From contig JBCBZT010000016.1 of the NCBI GenBank assembly GCA_039815185.1, forward strand, positions 32,001 through 96,000: a stretch of 64,000 bases of DNA. Reading direction: 5' to 3'. Source of the DNA: Cyanobacteria bacterium P01_A01_bin.123. GTDB taxonomy: Bacteria; Cyanobacteriota; Cyanobacteriia; Phormidesmidales; Phormidesmidaceae. This document shows, piece after piece, positions 1-9,899 of the stretch. The position numbers and the translations under genes are program-made. Position 1 is the first letter of the stretch, and every line of letters starts with the position of its first letter. A model generated the notes under the pieces. It was not told where the DNA came from and searched no databases. It was given only the letters and a program-made list of their open reading frames with translations.

Positions 1-36
1 ACGAATAATAATAGATACGGATGGATTAGAGGGCAT
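1..36 (-). CDS. N-terminus of a probable GT2 glycosyltransferase (runs off window)
   Basis: ATG at 36 reads MPSNPSVSIIIR, like the VSIIIR(T) first strand of GT2 enzymes; co-oriented with the glycan locus; only 12 codons visible. Confidence 0.5.
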   Translation of the reverse strand, partial: MPSNPSVSIIIR

Positions 37-84
37 TATTGATATAAAGGTATGGTTGGAGAGAAGCGTTGAAAACGCTCATCC

Positions 85-1254
85 TCAAAGATCTAAGATT
101 TTCCAGGAAGACTGATCCGCTAAACTCTTTTCCGCCGCCTCAATTACAGCTGTCGAGAAGAGAGACTCTGAAAATGTAGGCCGAATTCCCTCAAAATCCT
201 GCGGGGTTGCCTCACCTTCCAGCAGAGAAGCAACATCACTTAAAAAGCTGGTGATACTGTCAACACCATAGCCTTCCCACGCCCAATGGCCGTCTTCCAA
301 ATGATAAGGACGGCAAAAATCAGGGTTTGGCTCTTCCAGCGGATAATCATCGAGCAGAATCCTAACGCCTCGTTCCTTCTGGTCTCCTTCATAACGCCCA
401 CTTGTGCCAACAAACTTTAGTTTCTGATCCGACATCGCACTAGAGGTCTCCGGGTCAATCCAGTTAACTAGCAACGTTTGAATAAACGTGTGACCAGCAT
501 CAGTTTCCCATTCCACCAAACACTGGATTGCGTCATGGGCATTGACCCCCTGCTCCGTCAGCCAGACCTTTTGCCCCGTTGCCATCACTCGCAAAGGCAC
601 GGCTCCAGTCACGAAACGAACCACGTCAATGTAGTGCACGCCTAGATACTGCAAGATGTTGGTTCGCTCAACCCAAGACCGGAACACTGTGCTAGGGATT
701 GACTTCCTCTGGCTGTACTCTGTCCACGTGTACAGGGGAATTCCCAGCTTCCCTGCCCGGAACGCTTCCCGCAGCATCCGATTCTGGCGATCCCAGCGTT
801 TGTGAAATTCAACAGCCCCATACACATTGTGTTCGTGAGCCAAATCGATTAACTGCTGGGCCTCCTTTACTGTGGGGGTTAAAGGCTTGACCACTAAAGT
901 ATGCAACCCGCTTTTGAGACAGGCAGATGCCACTTCACAATGCAGGTGATCTGGCACTGAGACAATGGCACAGCCAGGGGGTTCAACCTTTTCCAGCACT
1001 TCTAAATAGCTTTGAACTGAATCTTCCTGATTGGGGTAAAACTGCAAGGGCAGACGAATGCCAGTTAGGTTAGCCAACTGTTTAGCCTTAAGCTCTGCTT
1101 CTCGTGCCCCAACCACACGGGTACCCACCACGTGAATCTGGGTAAACAATCTGTACTGTCGCTGAAAAACGCTAACAGCTGGAAGAATAGTACCGAAACC
1201 GTCGGTTTGCCTTCCACAAACATACATGCCGGTACCGATAATACAAAGTTTCAT
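85..1254 (-). CDS. Gfo/Idh/MocA family oxidoreductase
   Basis: IIGTG Rossmann start, VPDHLH, VVKP (EKP-like) motif, GVHYID. Confidence 0.85.
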   Translation of the reverse strand: MKLCIIGTGMYVCGRQTDGFGTILPAVSVFQRQYRLFTQIHVVGTRVVGAREAELKAKQLANLTGIRLPLQFYPNQEDSVQSYLEVLEKVEPPGCAIVSVPDHLHCEVASACLKSGLHTLVVKPLTPTVKEAQQLIDLAHEHNVYGAVEFHKRWDRQNRMLREAFRAGKLGIPLYTWTEYSQRKSIPSTVFRSWVERTNILQYLGVHYIDVVRFVTGAVPLRVMATGQKVWLTEQGVNAHDAIQCLVEWETDAGHTFIQTLLVNWIDPETSSAMSDQKLKFVGTSGRYEGDQKERGVRILLDDYPLEEPNPDFCRPYHLEDGHWAWEGYGVDSITSFLSDVASLLEGEATPQDFEGIRPTFSESLFSTAVIEAAEKSLADQSSWKILDL

Positions 1255-1278
1255 TTAATAACGACAGCAATCAAGGTT

Positions 1279-2595
1279 TTAAGAAGACACATCTGAAAGC
1301 CCAAGGTGATCAACGAGAAAGCCTTTAATAATTGAGTTGCCAGGATCATAGGCCATTATAGAAGAAGGAAATGAGGTTTTTTCAAGGAGCCTTGACCAAT
1401 CATCATGGTTGATTGAAAATAGGTAATCTAAAATTTTCTTGAAGGATGAATGACTGGGTTGGTTAGTCCAATAAGAACCCTCGTCAGGAAAACCAAGTGG
1501 GTAAGCGAAATTGTACCCAGGATTAGAAGTTCCAAAGTATTTTGGGAAAAAAGAGTTGGTGATCGAAAAAATAGCAGTTTTATTTCCCCGAGCAGCAGAT
1601 TCGTAAGCCAAAGTAGAGTTAAGACCAACAGTAACTTCTGCCCTGTCAGTTGCTTTATAAGAAGAAAACAATCTTCGTGTAGGCTGGGCAATAAACTCAA
1701 CTTCAAACCCTTTAGACATTGAGGTGAAAACCTCTCTTTCAATGTCTAAAGGAGTATTAAGTATAATCTGAAGCTTTTTTTGATTTAATGACGCATACTC
1801 CACCAAGAAATCAAGAATGAGAGAGTAATAATCAGAAAATATACCAGATTTATAAAATAGGTTCTGTTCAGATCTAAATTCCGAGATGATAGCTATCGTT
1901 CCAGGAGAATAAGAATCAATCTTACTGGTATGATTATTTTTCAATGAACCAATGTCAAAAGAATTGCATGAAAACATTTCATTGTAGAGTGAACCTATGT
2001 GTTTGTTATGAACGAATGCATAATCTACAGCCAAATCCCTAAAAGATTTTTCAGAACCTGCTTTTGCATCAACATTCTGAGCTTCAAAAAAATCAGCTCC
2101 TCGTCTTGCATTTTGGATCACAACCATCTTGATATCTTGATGCTTGTTCTTCAGCGTATAAAATGAAAAATCGTTATCCACCAGCGTTACAATAAGTTTT
2201 GGCTTAACGCATTTTATATATGTGTCTATATAAAAACTCTTCAAACTGTAAAGATACGAAATCTCTACTTTCCCATACCGAAAGATTAGAGGAAAACAAC
2301 GAAAAAAAACGTAGAGATTGAGTGCCTCACCTCTCACACAGAGAATTTCAGGGGCATAGGCATCAACATAATTTTTGATAGAGTCGTAGAGATTTAGATC
2401 ATAGATAAGTAATTTGCTTTGACGAGGCGCAGAAAATATTTTCCTAGATAAGACGAGGCAGCGAAATAGATCAAAGATCTTTTGAACAACTATTGGTTGA
2501 TGGGGTAGCCAATATCTAAAGAAGTTAGCGAAAGCACTCTCACTGGGTGCTTTCAGAGTGAGAGGTGGAGAGAAATAACTCAAAAGGCTCTTCAT
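1279..2595 (-). CDS. Uncharacterised surface carbohydrate biosynthesis protein (possible GT-B-like transferase)
   Basis: 438 aa AT-rich ORF; KPKLIVTLVDN, VIQNARRG and NSTLAYESAARG resemble glycan-locus proteins recalled as LIC13510-like. Confidence 0.55.
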   Translation of the reverse strand: MKSLLSYFSPPLTLKAPSESAFANFFRYWLPHQPIVVQKIFDLFRCLVLSRKIFSAPRQSKLLIYDLNLYDSIKNYVDAYAPEILCVRGEALNLYVFFRCFPLIFRYGKVEISYLYSLKSFYIDTYIKCVKPKLIVTLVDNDFSFYTLKNKHQDIKMVVIQNARRGADFFEAQNVDAKAGSEKSFRDLAVDYAFVHNKHIGSLYNEMFSCNSFDIGSLKNNHTSKIDSYSPGTIAIISEFRSEQNLFYKSGIFSDYYSLILDFLVEYASLNQKKLQIILNTPLDIEREVFTSMSKGFEVEFIAQPTRRLFSSYKATDRAEVTVGLNSTLAYESAARGNKTAIFSITNSFFPKYFGTSNPGYNFAYPLGFPDEGSYWTNQPSHSSFKKILDYLFSINHDDWSRLLEKTSFPSSIMAYDPGNSIIKGFLVDHLGLSDVSS

Positions 2596-2667
2596 ATTCT
2601 TACATTCTTAGACGATTATCCATATAAGTTGATTGTTGTCATCATTCTAGATGTACCGTCATCCCAA

Positions 2668-3345
2668 TTAGTAGGTGGAGAAGTAAGGATCGTCAAACAC
2701 GCGATCGCGCACTGAAATACGATTTGGTAAACAACGATGATTAGGATATTGACCCACTACTAAACTGTTATCTGGTACATTACAATCTATAACTAGTGAG
2801 TTAGCGCCAAAAACCACATTATTCCCAATATTACAATTACCCAAAACACTACTTCGTGAATAAAGGATGACGCCTTCACCAAAGCGTGGATATATGTCTG
2901 TTACAGCACCTATTGTACAGTTCTGGTAAACGGCTAGATAATTTCCATAGCATGCTCTTCCTAAGACTGTTCCGAGTGGGTGAACCAATAGGAATGTCTC
3001 TGGCATTTCCACTGGATAATATAAATCAATGCCATTCATTATCTTGTTCAAGTAAAACAACCTTTCTGGTAAGGCTGAATCGCCTACTTCACACCATATC
3101 GTGTTAGAGAAAAAGTATAAGAAGGCAGAAAAATGATCGCTATTTAGGTGATCAAAGAAAGAAACACCATCTTTGACGTAGTATTTTTTCTGAATTTTCG
3201 AAAAACTCTTTTCGATTCGCTCCATTGTTTTTGAAAGGAATGGAGTAATTGAATAATTGGGTCTGTAGCTATCGGGTATATAGTGAGCCAATAGCTTCAA
3301 GACGTAGGATTCTAGTTCCGTGGAGTCAAGGCTTGTATCCATCAT
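2668..3345 (-). CDS. Hexapeptide-repeat (serine O-acetyltransferase-like) acyltransferase
   Basis: HPLGTVLG, YQNCTIG and IGNNVVFGANS left-handed beta-helix repeats. Confidence 0.8.
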   Translation of the reverse strand: MMDTSLDSTELESYVLKLLAHYIPDSYRPNYSITPFLSKTMERIEKSFSKIQKKYYVKDGVSFFDHLNSDHFSAFLYFFSNTIWCEVGDSALPERLFYLNKIMNGIDLYYPVEMPETFLLVHPLGTVLGRACYGNYLAVYQNCTIGAVTDIYPRFGEGVILYSRSSVLGNCNIGNNVVFGANSLVIDCNVPDNSLVVGQYPNHRCLPNRISVRDRVFDDPYFSTY

Positions 3346-3440
3346 TTGAGTTAACCAATCGATTCAAAAATGAATCGGCGTTATCCTACTACCCAAGTGC
3401 GTCAACAGCTAGTTTACGACCACAGTTACACCTGGATTGA

Positions 3441-4268
3441 CTACCAAGCATTTAATCCACCATCCACAACCATATTGTGTCCGGTCATATAGCTTGATGC
3501 ATCTGAGGCCAAGTAAAGCAAAGCTCCTACCATTTCTTGAGGCTGAGCCATACGATTCATCGGCACTCGGTCTGAGTAGCGGTTCATAAATTCCCCATTT
3601 TGGCCACTCTCAGTGCCCCCTGGCGTTAACGTGTTGACTCGAATACCATAACTTGCCCAGCAGGTCGCTAAATGTTTTGTCAGTCCAATTACTCCAGCCT
3701 TAGAAGCAGTGTAAACTGCGGGTGTATTAATTTGACGATCTAAATAATAAGAACCTTGGTAAATCCGAGAATCGGGAGCCATAACACCATAAATAGAAGC
3801 AGTTTGGATGATACTACCCCCCTGTTCCTGGGCAATCATTTGCTTCCCCACAGATTGGGCCACCAAAAACATACCATCTAGATTAACAGCCATGACTTGA
3901 TGCCATTGCTCTAGACTGTAGTCTTCTAAGGGTGCAAAGAAAGCATCTAAATCTGCTGATTTGCTGGCAGCATTATTGTGGAGAATATTGATCTGCCCAA
4001 ATTCATCAATAACTTGGGTTATCATCTGCTTCACTGAATCTGGATTGGAGACATCGCAGCCAATCGCCACGGCTTGACCTTGATAGCGCGCGTTTAAGGA
4101 CGCAGCTAAAGCTTGAGCCTTGTCTTCCATTAAATCGACAACAGCAACCTTAGCGCCGAATTCAGCTAGTCCAGCACAAAAATGTTGACCTAAAATGCCA
4201 GCTCCGCCAGTTACTATGGCGACTTTATCTCGTAAATCGAATAATTTTCGATAGGAGATATTACTCAT
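3441..4268 (-). CDS. SDR oxidoreductase, PtmA/ElaC-like
   Basis: TGGAGILG, NNAA, YTASK; follows the CMP-nonulosonate synthetase. Confidence 0.85.
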   Translation of the reverse strand: MSNISYRKLFDLRDKVAIVTGGAGILGQHFCAGLAEFGAKVAVVDLMEDKAQALAASLNARYQGQAVAIGCDVSNPDSVKQMITQVIDEFGQINILHNNAASKSADLDAFFAPLEDYSLEQWHQVMAVNLDGMFLVAQSVGKQMIAQEQGGSIIQTASIYGVMAPDSRIYQGSYYLDRQINTPAVYTASKAGVIGLTKHLATCWASYGIRVNTLTPGGTESGQNGEFMNRYSDRVPMNRMAQPQEMVGALLYLASDASSYMTGHNMVVDGGLNAW

Positions 4269-4969
4269 GATTTTCGATTTTTCTTGAGTAAAAGCTCAAC
4301 TATCTCAAAATCTAATTCACTATCGATATCGATGGAGCGGTGCTCAGGCATAACGTGTAATTTAGTATCAGAATTAAATACCGTAGGATGGTCAAATAGC
4401 GCTTGACGTTGCCAAACATAAATGGAAGCATTCATGTCAAAGCAAGGTGGTGAATCCTGCCGTCGAGTAATGGGATCTTGCAAGGGTTTTGACAATCTAA
4501 TGATGCCATCTTTTCCCAACTCTACTAAATTGAAATAGGGCGATCGCCGAGCTGGTGCACCCGTAATCACATTGGAAACACGTTGCGTTTCTAGTAAAGA
4601 CACCGCAGCTTGAATATCTGCCGGTAATCTCAGCGGTGAGGTGACATCAAGGTCAACGATGGTCTCAAACTGGGTTTGGGCAAACATCTCGGCGGCTTCA
4701 ACACAGTGACGAATGGCAGGCAGCTTTGGTGCAGTATCGCTGGATAATTCTGGTGGTCTGACCACGAGACAATCAGCCCCAAAGGCTTCCGCGACTTCCA
4801 AAATTTTAGGTGAATCACTGCTAACGGCAATCAGTTGAAATAGCTTACTCTCCCTTGCCTGCGCTAACGTATGAGCAATCAGCGGTTTGCCTTCTAGTTC
4901 TCGAATATTCTTGTGTTTCACCCCTTTTGAACCGCCACGGGCACAGAGGGTACACAGCCGTTTGCTCAT
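4265..4969 (-). CDS. neuA: CMP-nonulosonic acid synthetase (NeuA/LegF/PtmB-like)
   Basis: ARGGSKGVKHKN, TSPLR, RRQD, SIDIDSELDF. Confidence 0.92.
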   Translation of the reverse strand: MSKRLCTLCARGGSKGVKHKNIRELEGKPLIAHTLAQARESKLFQLIAVSSDSPKILEVAEAFGADCLVVRPPELSSDTAPKLPAIRHCVEAAEMFAQTQFETIVDLDVTSPLRLPADIQAAVSLLETQRVSNVITGAPARRSPYFNLVELGKDGIIRLSKPLQDPITRRQDSPPCFDMNASIYVWQRQALFDHPTVFNSDTKLHVMPEHRSIDIDSELDFEIVELLLKKNRKS

Positions 4970-5895
4970 CGGCTAATCCAGGTGTGGGTTAAAGCTGCCT
5001 GCTCAGCACAATCAATGGTCTGCAAAACTGCCATAGCCGATTCAACAGAACAGAGATACGTCTCATCTCCAGCTATAACAGCTTGGTGTTCAGCCAGGTA
5101 GGTTTGATCACGAGGAATTTCAAAGGTTTCTAGGGTCTCGTCTATCATCAGCGTTCCTCGAATCAGATCGACACTTATCGTCTGTTGATTGGTAAGAATT
5201 ACAATTTCTCGGCGGGGGAGGCGGCTTAGGTAATCTAGATGGATCGAGACTAAAGGATAGCTCGGGGTCTCCAAGATTAAAGAAAAGACGTCATCACTAT
5301 CAATCTCTAAGGCACTTAAGTGTCCGCCAGCCGCAGTCAACCGTTTCCAGGCTCCAAACAACCAGAGGGCATAATCAAGCTCATGGCTTAAATCTCGTAA
5401 GACCCCTCCCCCTTGATTTCGATAGGCGGAATAACTTTGACGATAATCTACCGTTGGACGCCATTGGGGTAGATACTGGCCCACATAAATATGAGCGGCT
5501 ATGCCTGACTGGCGTGATAGCAGTCGATGAAGCGATTGAAGCAGGGGGTGAAACCGTAAGTTATAGGCTACAGCTAAGCGTTGGAAGCTGTGCTTGGGAG
5601 GGTGGCAAGGATGATGGAATAGGGGCTTTTCGACTAATACTGTGCCAGTAAAATCTTGCTGTCCTAAATATTGGAGGGTTGGGTAATGTTCATGGGTACG
5701 ATTGGCAACCACAACATAATCTGGTTGCCAATCTGCCAGGGCAATGCCTAAATCCGCATAACTAGAATCTATGTCAGTGGTTTCAGCGTCAAGAGAGCGA
5801 CGACTGCACACAGCTACTGCGCAATTTAATTGCTTGAGCAGCCGCGTATGGCGTTGACCAATTGAACCATAGCCCACCACTAATGCCTTAGTCAT
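4966..5895 (-). CDS. Gfo/Idh/MocA oxidoreductase, PtmF/ElaA-like
   Basis: GYGSIG, VEKP, YNLRFHP, GGGVLRDLSHELD. Confidence 0.88.
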   Translation of the reverse strand: MTKALVVGYGSIGQRHTRLLKQLNCAVAVCSRRSLDAETTDIDSSYADLGIALADWQPDYVVVANRTHEHYPTLQYLGQQDFTGTVLVEKPLFHHPCHPPKHSFQRLAVAYNLRFHPLLQSLHRLLSRQSGIAAHIYVGQYLPQWRPTVDYRQSYSAYRNQGGGVLRDLSHELDYALWLFGAWKRLTAAGGHLSALEIDSDDVFSLILETPSYPLVSIHLDYLSRLPRREIVILTNQQTISVDLIRGTLMIDETLETFEIPRDQTYLAEHQAVIAGDETYLCSVESAMAVLQTIDCAEQAALTHTWISR

Positions 5896-5921
5896 CGGTT
5901 GGGATTACAGGCAAGGCCTGA

Positions 5922-6986
5922 TCAAGACGCAAATTTATCTTGGGCTTTTTGGAAATCGGCTTCTCTTCCCACATCTAACCAAGGTTCATGCATAGGATAG
6001 ACAATAGTGCGTCCTGCTTTTTCTTTGACTCTAAGAAAAAGCTCAGGCATATCGCAAAGCTGTCTGTTTTTCAGATTTGTTAAGACTTGAGGGCTCAAGG
6101 CATAAATACCTGCATTCACATGGCTGCGAATAATGGGTTTTTCTTCAAACCCGATAATATCGACTCCCTGAGTACACACCACACCAAATGGATTTTGCCA
6201 TTCATGGAGTCGCACCGCCATGGTTGCCATAGCCTGATGGGTTTTATGAAAATCTAACAACTCACCATAGTGAATATCGGTGAGGACATCGCCATTGGTT
6301 ACTATGAATGGCACATCTGGATAGGGGTTCAACAAACTGAGAGCTCCAGCAGTCCCCAAGGGCAGGTCTTCACGCAAGTAATCGATTTGCACCTGCCAAC
6401 GGCTCCCATCGCCGAAGTAGTCTTCGATCAAATGCCCCAGGTAGTGAATGGCAATTATGAATTTGTGAAACCCTTGTGCCTTAGCCCGCTCCAAAATATG
6501 CTCCAGCATGGGTTTGCCTGCGACTGGAAGTAGAGGTTTAGGGCAGGTTTCTGTCAACGGCCGTAAGCGTTTGCCTTTACCCCCGGCCATAATCACCATG
6601 GGGTTAGGGCGATAGACAGGGGCTAAAAATTCTCGAATCAGGTGTAACCCAACGACTCGGTGAGTTTCATCCACAATGGGGAGTTGTTGAATCCCATTAG
6701 CGTGCATGATTTGCACCACGGTATCCCGAGGCACCTGAGATGGGACTACGGTAGGCTTGCGATTGATAATGGTATCCACTGGACTCTGGAGTTCTAAACC
6801 TCTTAGGAGCCCCCGACGGATGTCACCATCGGTCACGGTACCGACAAGTTGCTCCTCTGGCGTAATTAAGAGGACAATTTGGAGCGCTGACTGGTCAAGA
6901 TTGCGAATGGCTTGCTCTAGGGTACTCTGGATTGGCAATAGGGCACGTCGCCAAGTGTTAGCAGAGGGTTGAAAATCGCTAGACAT
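5922..6986 (-). CDS. CBS-domain sugar-phosphate nucleotidyltransferase (LegX/PtmE-like)
   Basis: N-terminal CBS pair (GTVTDGDIRRGLL), then MAGGKGKRLRPLT..PKP. Confidence 0.9.
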   Translation of the reverse strand: MSSDFQPSANTWRRALLPIQSTLEQAIRNLDQSALQIVLLITPEEQLVGTVTDGDIRRGLLRGLELQSPVDTIINRKPTVVPSQVPRDTVVQIMHANGIQQLPIVDETHRVVGLHLIREFLAPVYRPNPMVIMAGGKGKRLRPLTETCPKPLLPVAGKPMLEHILERAKAQGFHKFIIAIHYLGHLIEDYFGDGSRWQVQIDYLREDLPLGTAGALSLLNPYPDVPFIVTNGDVLTDIHYGELLDFHKTHQAMATMAVRLHEWQNPFGVVCTQGVDIIGFEEKPIIRSHVNAGIYALSPQVLTNLKNRQLCDMPELFLRVKEKAGRTIVYPMHEPWLDVGREADFQKAQDKFAS

Positions 6987-7012
6987 AACGGTTATTTTCA
7001 GTTGCGATTTAG

Positions 7013-8173
7013 TCAGAGCTGAGGCGTGTAAAAAGTTTTTTTCAGCACGTTATCTAGTGGAAAGTGGCTGATAGTCTTCACCACGTGTTCACTGGCTCCG
7101 CCAGTTCCATAGGGGTTTTCCACAGTGTTTAGGATTGACTGAAACTCCGGTGTATAGAGCTGCTTTACGGCATTAGCAATGGCTTGACGCTCGGGGGCAC
7201 AATCGATCACGCTACTCGCTTTGAGACGGCCTCGTTGGCGATCGCCCACATTTACCGTCCCCTTTTTAAAGCTGGGGGCTTCGATTAATCCACTGGATGA
7301 GTTACCCACTACCCCATCGACCTGAGCCAAACAAGAGAGATACCGCAACTGCCCTAAGGAAGTATAAACCTGAGCATTGGCGTGGGACGCGACAAAGTCC
7401 TCAATCAATTGAAACAAAATTCGTCCATCTGTGTCTGCATTCGGCATGGTGAAGATCAGATGGGTTTCAGGTAACGTATCCAATGCGGCGAGCAGCTCTA
7501 GCATTTGTTCGCGGGCCGTTGTCTGTTCTAGGGTCACGGGGTGAAACGTGATCAATAAATTTCTTTTGCCTAACTTAAACCCCAGAGCTGTTTCCAATTC
7601 AGAGCGGTCTAGCAGTTTGAGCCGTTTGATATTGTCAATGCCTAACCCACCGACACAAAAGACCCGCTCAGGGTGCTCCCCAAGTTGAATGACGCGATCG
7701 CGATATGCTTTGGCAGCGACAAAATGGAGGTGAGACATTTTGGTGATCGAGTGACGAATCGCATCATCAAAGGCCCCTTCCGTTGTTTCCCCCCCATGGA
7801 GATGGGCCACTGGAATTCGAGCCACCAGGGCGGCTGCTACGGCTGAAAAGATCTCAAAGCGATCGCCCAAAACCACCATTAAATCTGGTTTCAGAGCCTG
7901 TAGGGCATCCCCAAACCCAATTAATCCCAATCCCATTGATTTTGCCAGACCAGTTGGGGTATCTGAGCTGAGTAGCATCTCCACCTTTTGGTCAATAACA
8001 AACCCATCTTGTTCAATGTTGCGGTAAGTCAGCCCAAACTCTGGGGAAAGGTGCATGCCTGTGGCAACAGTCTGAAGCGTAAGGTTTGGTGCTTGCTGGA
8101 TGCCATCCATTACCCAACGCAACAGACCATACTCAGCACGAGTTCCCGTAACAACGCAGATTTTGCGTGTCAT
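7013..8173 (-). CDS. neuC: Hydrolysing NDP-sugar 2-epimerase (NeuC/LegG)
   Basis: TGTRAEYG, GDRFE, HLHGGE, GNSSSG. Confidence 0.93.
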   Translation of the reverse strand: MTRKICVVTGTRAEYGLLRWVMDGIQQAPNLTLQTVATGMHLSPEFGLTYRNIEQDGFVIDQKVEMLLSSDTPTGLAKSMGLGLIGFGDALQALKPDLMVVLGDRFEIFSAVAAALVARIPVAHLHGGETTEGAFDDAIRHSITKMSHLHFVAAKAYRDRVIQLGEHPERVFCVGGLGIDNIKRLKLLDRSELETALGFKLGKRNLLITFHPVTLEQTTAREQMLELLAALDTLPETHLIFTMPNADTDGRILFQLIEDFVASHANAQVYTSLGQLRYLSCLAQVDGVVGNSSSGLIEAPSFKKGTVNVGDRQRGRLKASSVIDCAPERQAIANAVKQLYTPEFQSILNTVENPYGTGGASEHVVKTISHFPLDNVLKKTFYTPQL

Positions 8174-8254
8174 CCTGGCTTAAGGATACAAGCGTGGTTG
8201 ATATTGACCCAGTGAAGTAGCATCGTTAAACCAAACACGCCAATAGCCTATGGA

Positions 8255-9256
8255 TCAAATCTCAATTAATTCATCAGGGGAAAATGCTCGGGGGGCTTGG
8301 CGTCCCAACACATGATCCCAGTCCATGGGAGAGATACCCGTTCCCGGGCGCTTTATGGTCAAATTGTCTGGAGTAAAGCTTTCCCCAGTTTTAATTTCAC
8401 AGGCGGCAACAATAGACTTACGGGCAATCGGCTTATTTTTTAACTCGCTCGGACTAGGGCGCTTTCGGCCATCCCCCAGCGCTTGCTCAATATTTCGAAT
8501 TGCGGTGACCATTGCTTTAAGTTCATCTGGCTCTAGACTTGCTCGATGATCAGGGCCAGGAAGGGCGCGATCTAAGGTGAAATGCTTCTCAATGACCGTT
8601 GCGCCAAGCGTTACTGCGGCAATTGGCACTTCAATCCCCAGCGTATGATCTGAATATCCCACTGCAACCCCCAAAGCCTCTCCCATAGTCACCATGGCCC
8701 GTAAGTTTACATCCGCCATTGGGGTGGGATATTCCGTGTTGCAGTGCAGCACAGTAATGGTAGTTCGGGGCGTGCCTGCTGTTTCAATCACCTCAATTGC
8801 TGCTTCGACTTCCCCTAGCGTTGCCATCCCTGTGGAAAGAATAATGGGCTTGCCATACGTTCCTATTTGACGAAGATAGGGCAAGTTTGTAATTTCCCCT
8901 GAAGGAATCTTGAAAAGTTCTAGACCCAGAATTACCAGTAGATCAAGGCTCTCCAAGTCAAATCCTGTTGAGAGAAAACCAATCCCCTGAGCTTGACAGT
9001 GGGCGATCAGTGTCTCATGCATAGGGCGGGTTAATTCTAGACGGCGAATCATGGCGTGTTGAGACTCGCCTTGGGCAGTCGTTGCAGCTTGATAAGCCGC
9101 TTTTGGCGTCTGACGGGTGACCAGGCGATCAGCACTAAAGGTTTGGAATTTGACTAGGTTTGCCCCTGCCGTTGCAGCAACGTCAACGAGCCGCTTTGCC
9201 ATGGCTAGATCGCCATTGTGATTGACCCCTGCCTCGGCAATAATCAAGGTCTTCAT
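8255..9256 (-). CDS. neuB: Nonulosonic acid synthase (NeuB/LegI)
   Basis: IIAEAGVNHNG, KFQTF, GYSDHT, EKHFTLD, C-terminal SAF domain. Confidence 0.95.
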   Translation of the reverse strand: MKTLIIAEAGVNHNGDLAMAKRLVDVAATAGANLVKFQTFSADRLVTRQTPKAAYQAATTAQGESQHAMIRRLELTRPMHETLIAHCQAQGIGFLSTGFDLESLDLLVILGLELFKIPSGEITNLPYLRQIGTYGKPIILSTGMATLGEVEAAIEVIETAGTPRTTITVLHCNTEYPTPMADVNLRAMVTMGEALGVAVGYSDHTLGIEVPIAAVTLGATVIEKHFTLDRALPGPDHRASLEPDELKAMVTAIRNIEQALGDGRKRPSPSELKNKPIARKSIVAACEIKTGESFTPDNLTIKRPGTGISPMDWDHVLGRQAPRAFSPDELIEI

Positions 9257-9263
9257 TAGGCGT

Positions 9264-9899
9264 TCATCTCCCAGTCCCTAATTCCCCTACTACAGGAGAG
9301 TCGGCTGCCAGATCTTGCCGTACCGTTTGGCCCATCCCTACGATCGCGCCAGGAGCTATACAAATCATTTCCCGTAGACTGCTATTGCTTCCTAGAAAAA
9401 CACCATCACCCACTTTCACGCCGCCGTTTACCGTGGCAGCAGTGGACACATGGCAATGGTCTCCAATCACTGCGTTATGTTCAACTAGGGATTTGGTGTT
9501 CAAAATGCAGTTGCGTCCTACTACGGCTCCTGCATTCACATAGGCCCCGTGCATCACGATGGTGCCTATGTTCACCTGGGCATGGCGAGAAACATAAGCT
9601 TGGGGAGAGATTACGACAGGCAACTGAAAGCCTAACTGCTGGAGTTGATTAAATAGACGTATGCGTGGAACTGGGGTTTTGATTTGCCCTAGGGTAACTA
9701 GGGCATAAGACGCCTCCGCATGTAGATCAGGTAGGTCGTCATCCGTCCCCAACACGGGGTAGCCCAAAACTTGACTGCCCACTTCCTCTGGACGCCCTAC
9801 TAACCCCAGAATCGTAAACCTACCTGCTTGCTCAAGCACGTCAATACAGGCTTGGGCATGACCTCCGGCACCCACTAGCAGAATAGATTTTGGGGTCAT
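9264..9899 (-). CDS. NeuD/PglD/LegH-like sugar acetyltransferase
   Basis: GAGGHA N-terminus and hexapeptide repeats (VEHNAVIGDHCHVS). Confidence 0.9.
   Translation of the reverse strand: MTPKSILLVGAGGHAQACIDVLEQAGRFTILGLVGRPEEVGSQVLGYPVLGTDDDLPDLHAEASYALVTLGQIKTPVPRIRLFNQLQQLGFQLPVVISPQAYVSRHAQVNIGTIVMHGAYVNAGAVVGRNCILNTKSLVEHNAVIGDHCHVSTAATVNGGVKVGDGVFLGSNSSLREMICIAPGAIVGMGQTVRQDLAADSPVVGELGTGR

Noticed and set aside
26..82. ATG at 82 as the start of the next minus-strand gene
   Set aside because: Stops after 18 codons; the ATG at 36 gives a GT2-like N-terminus
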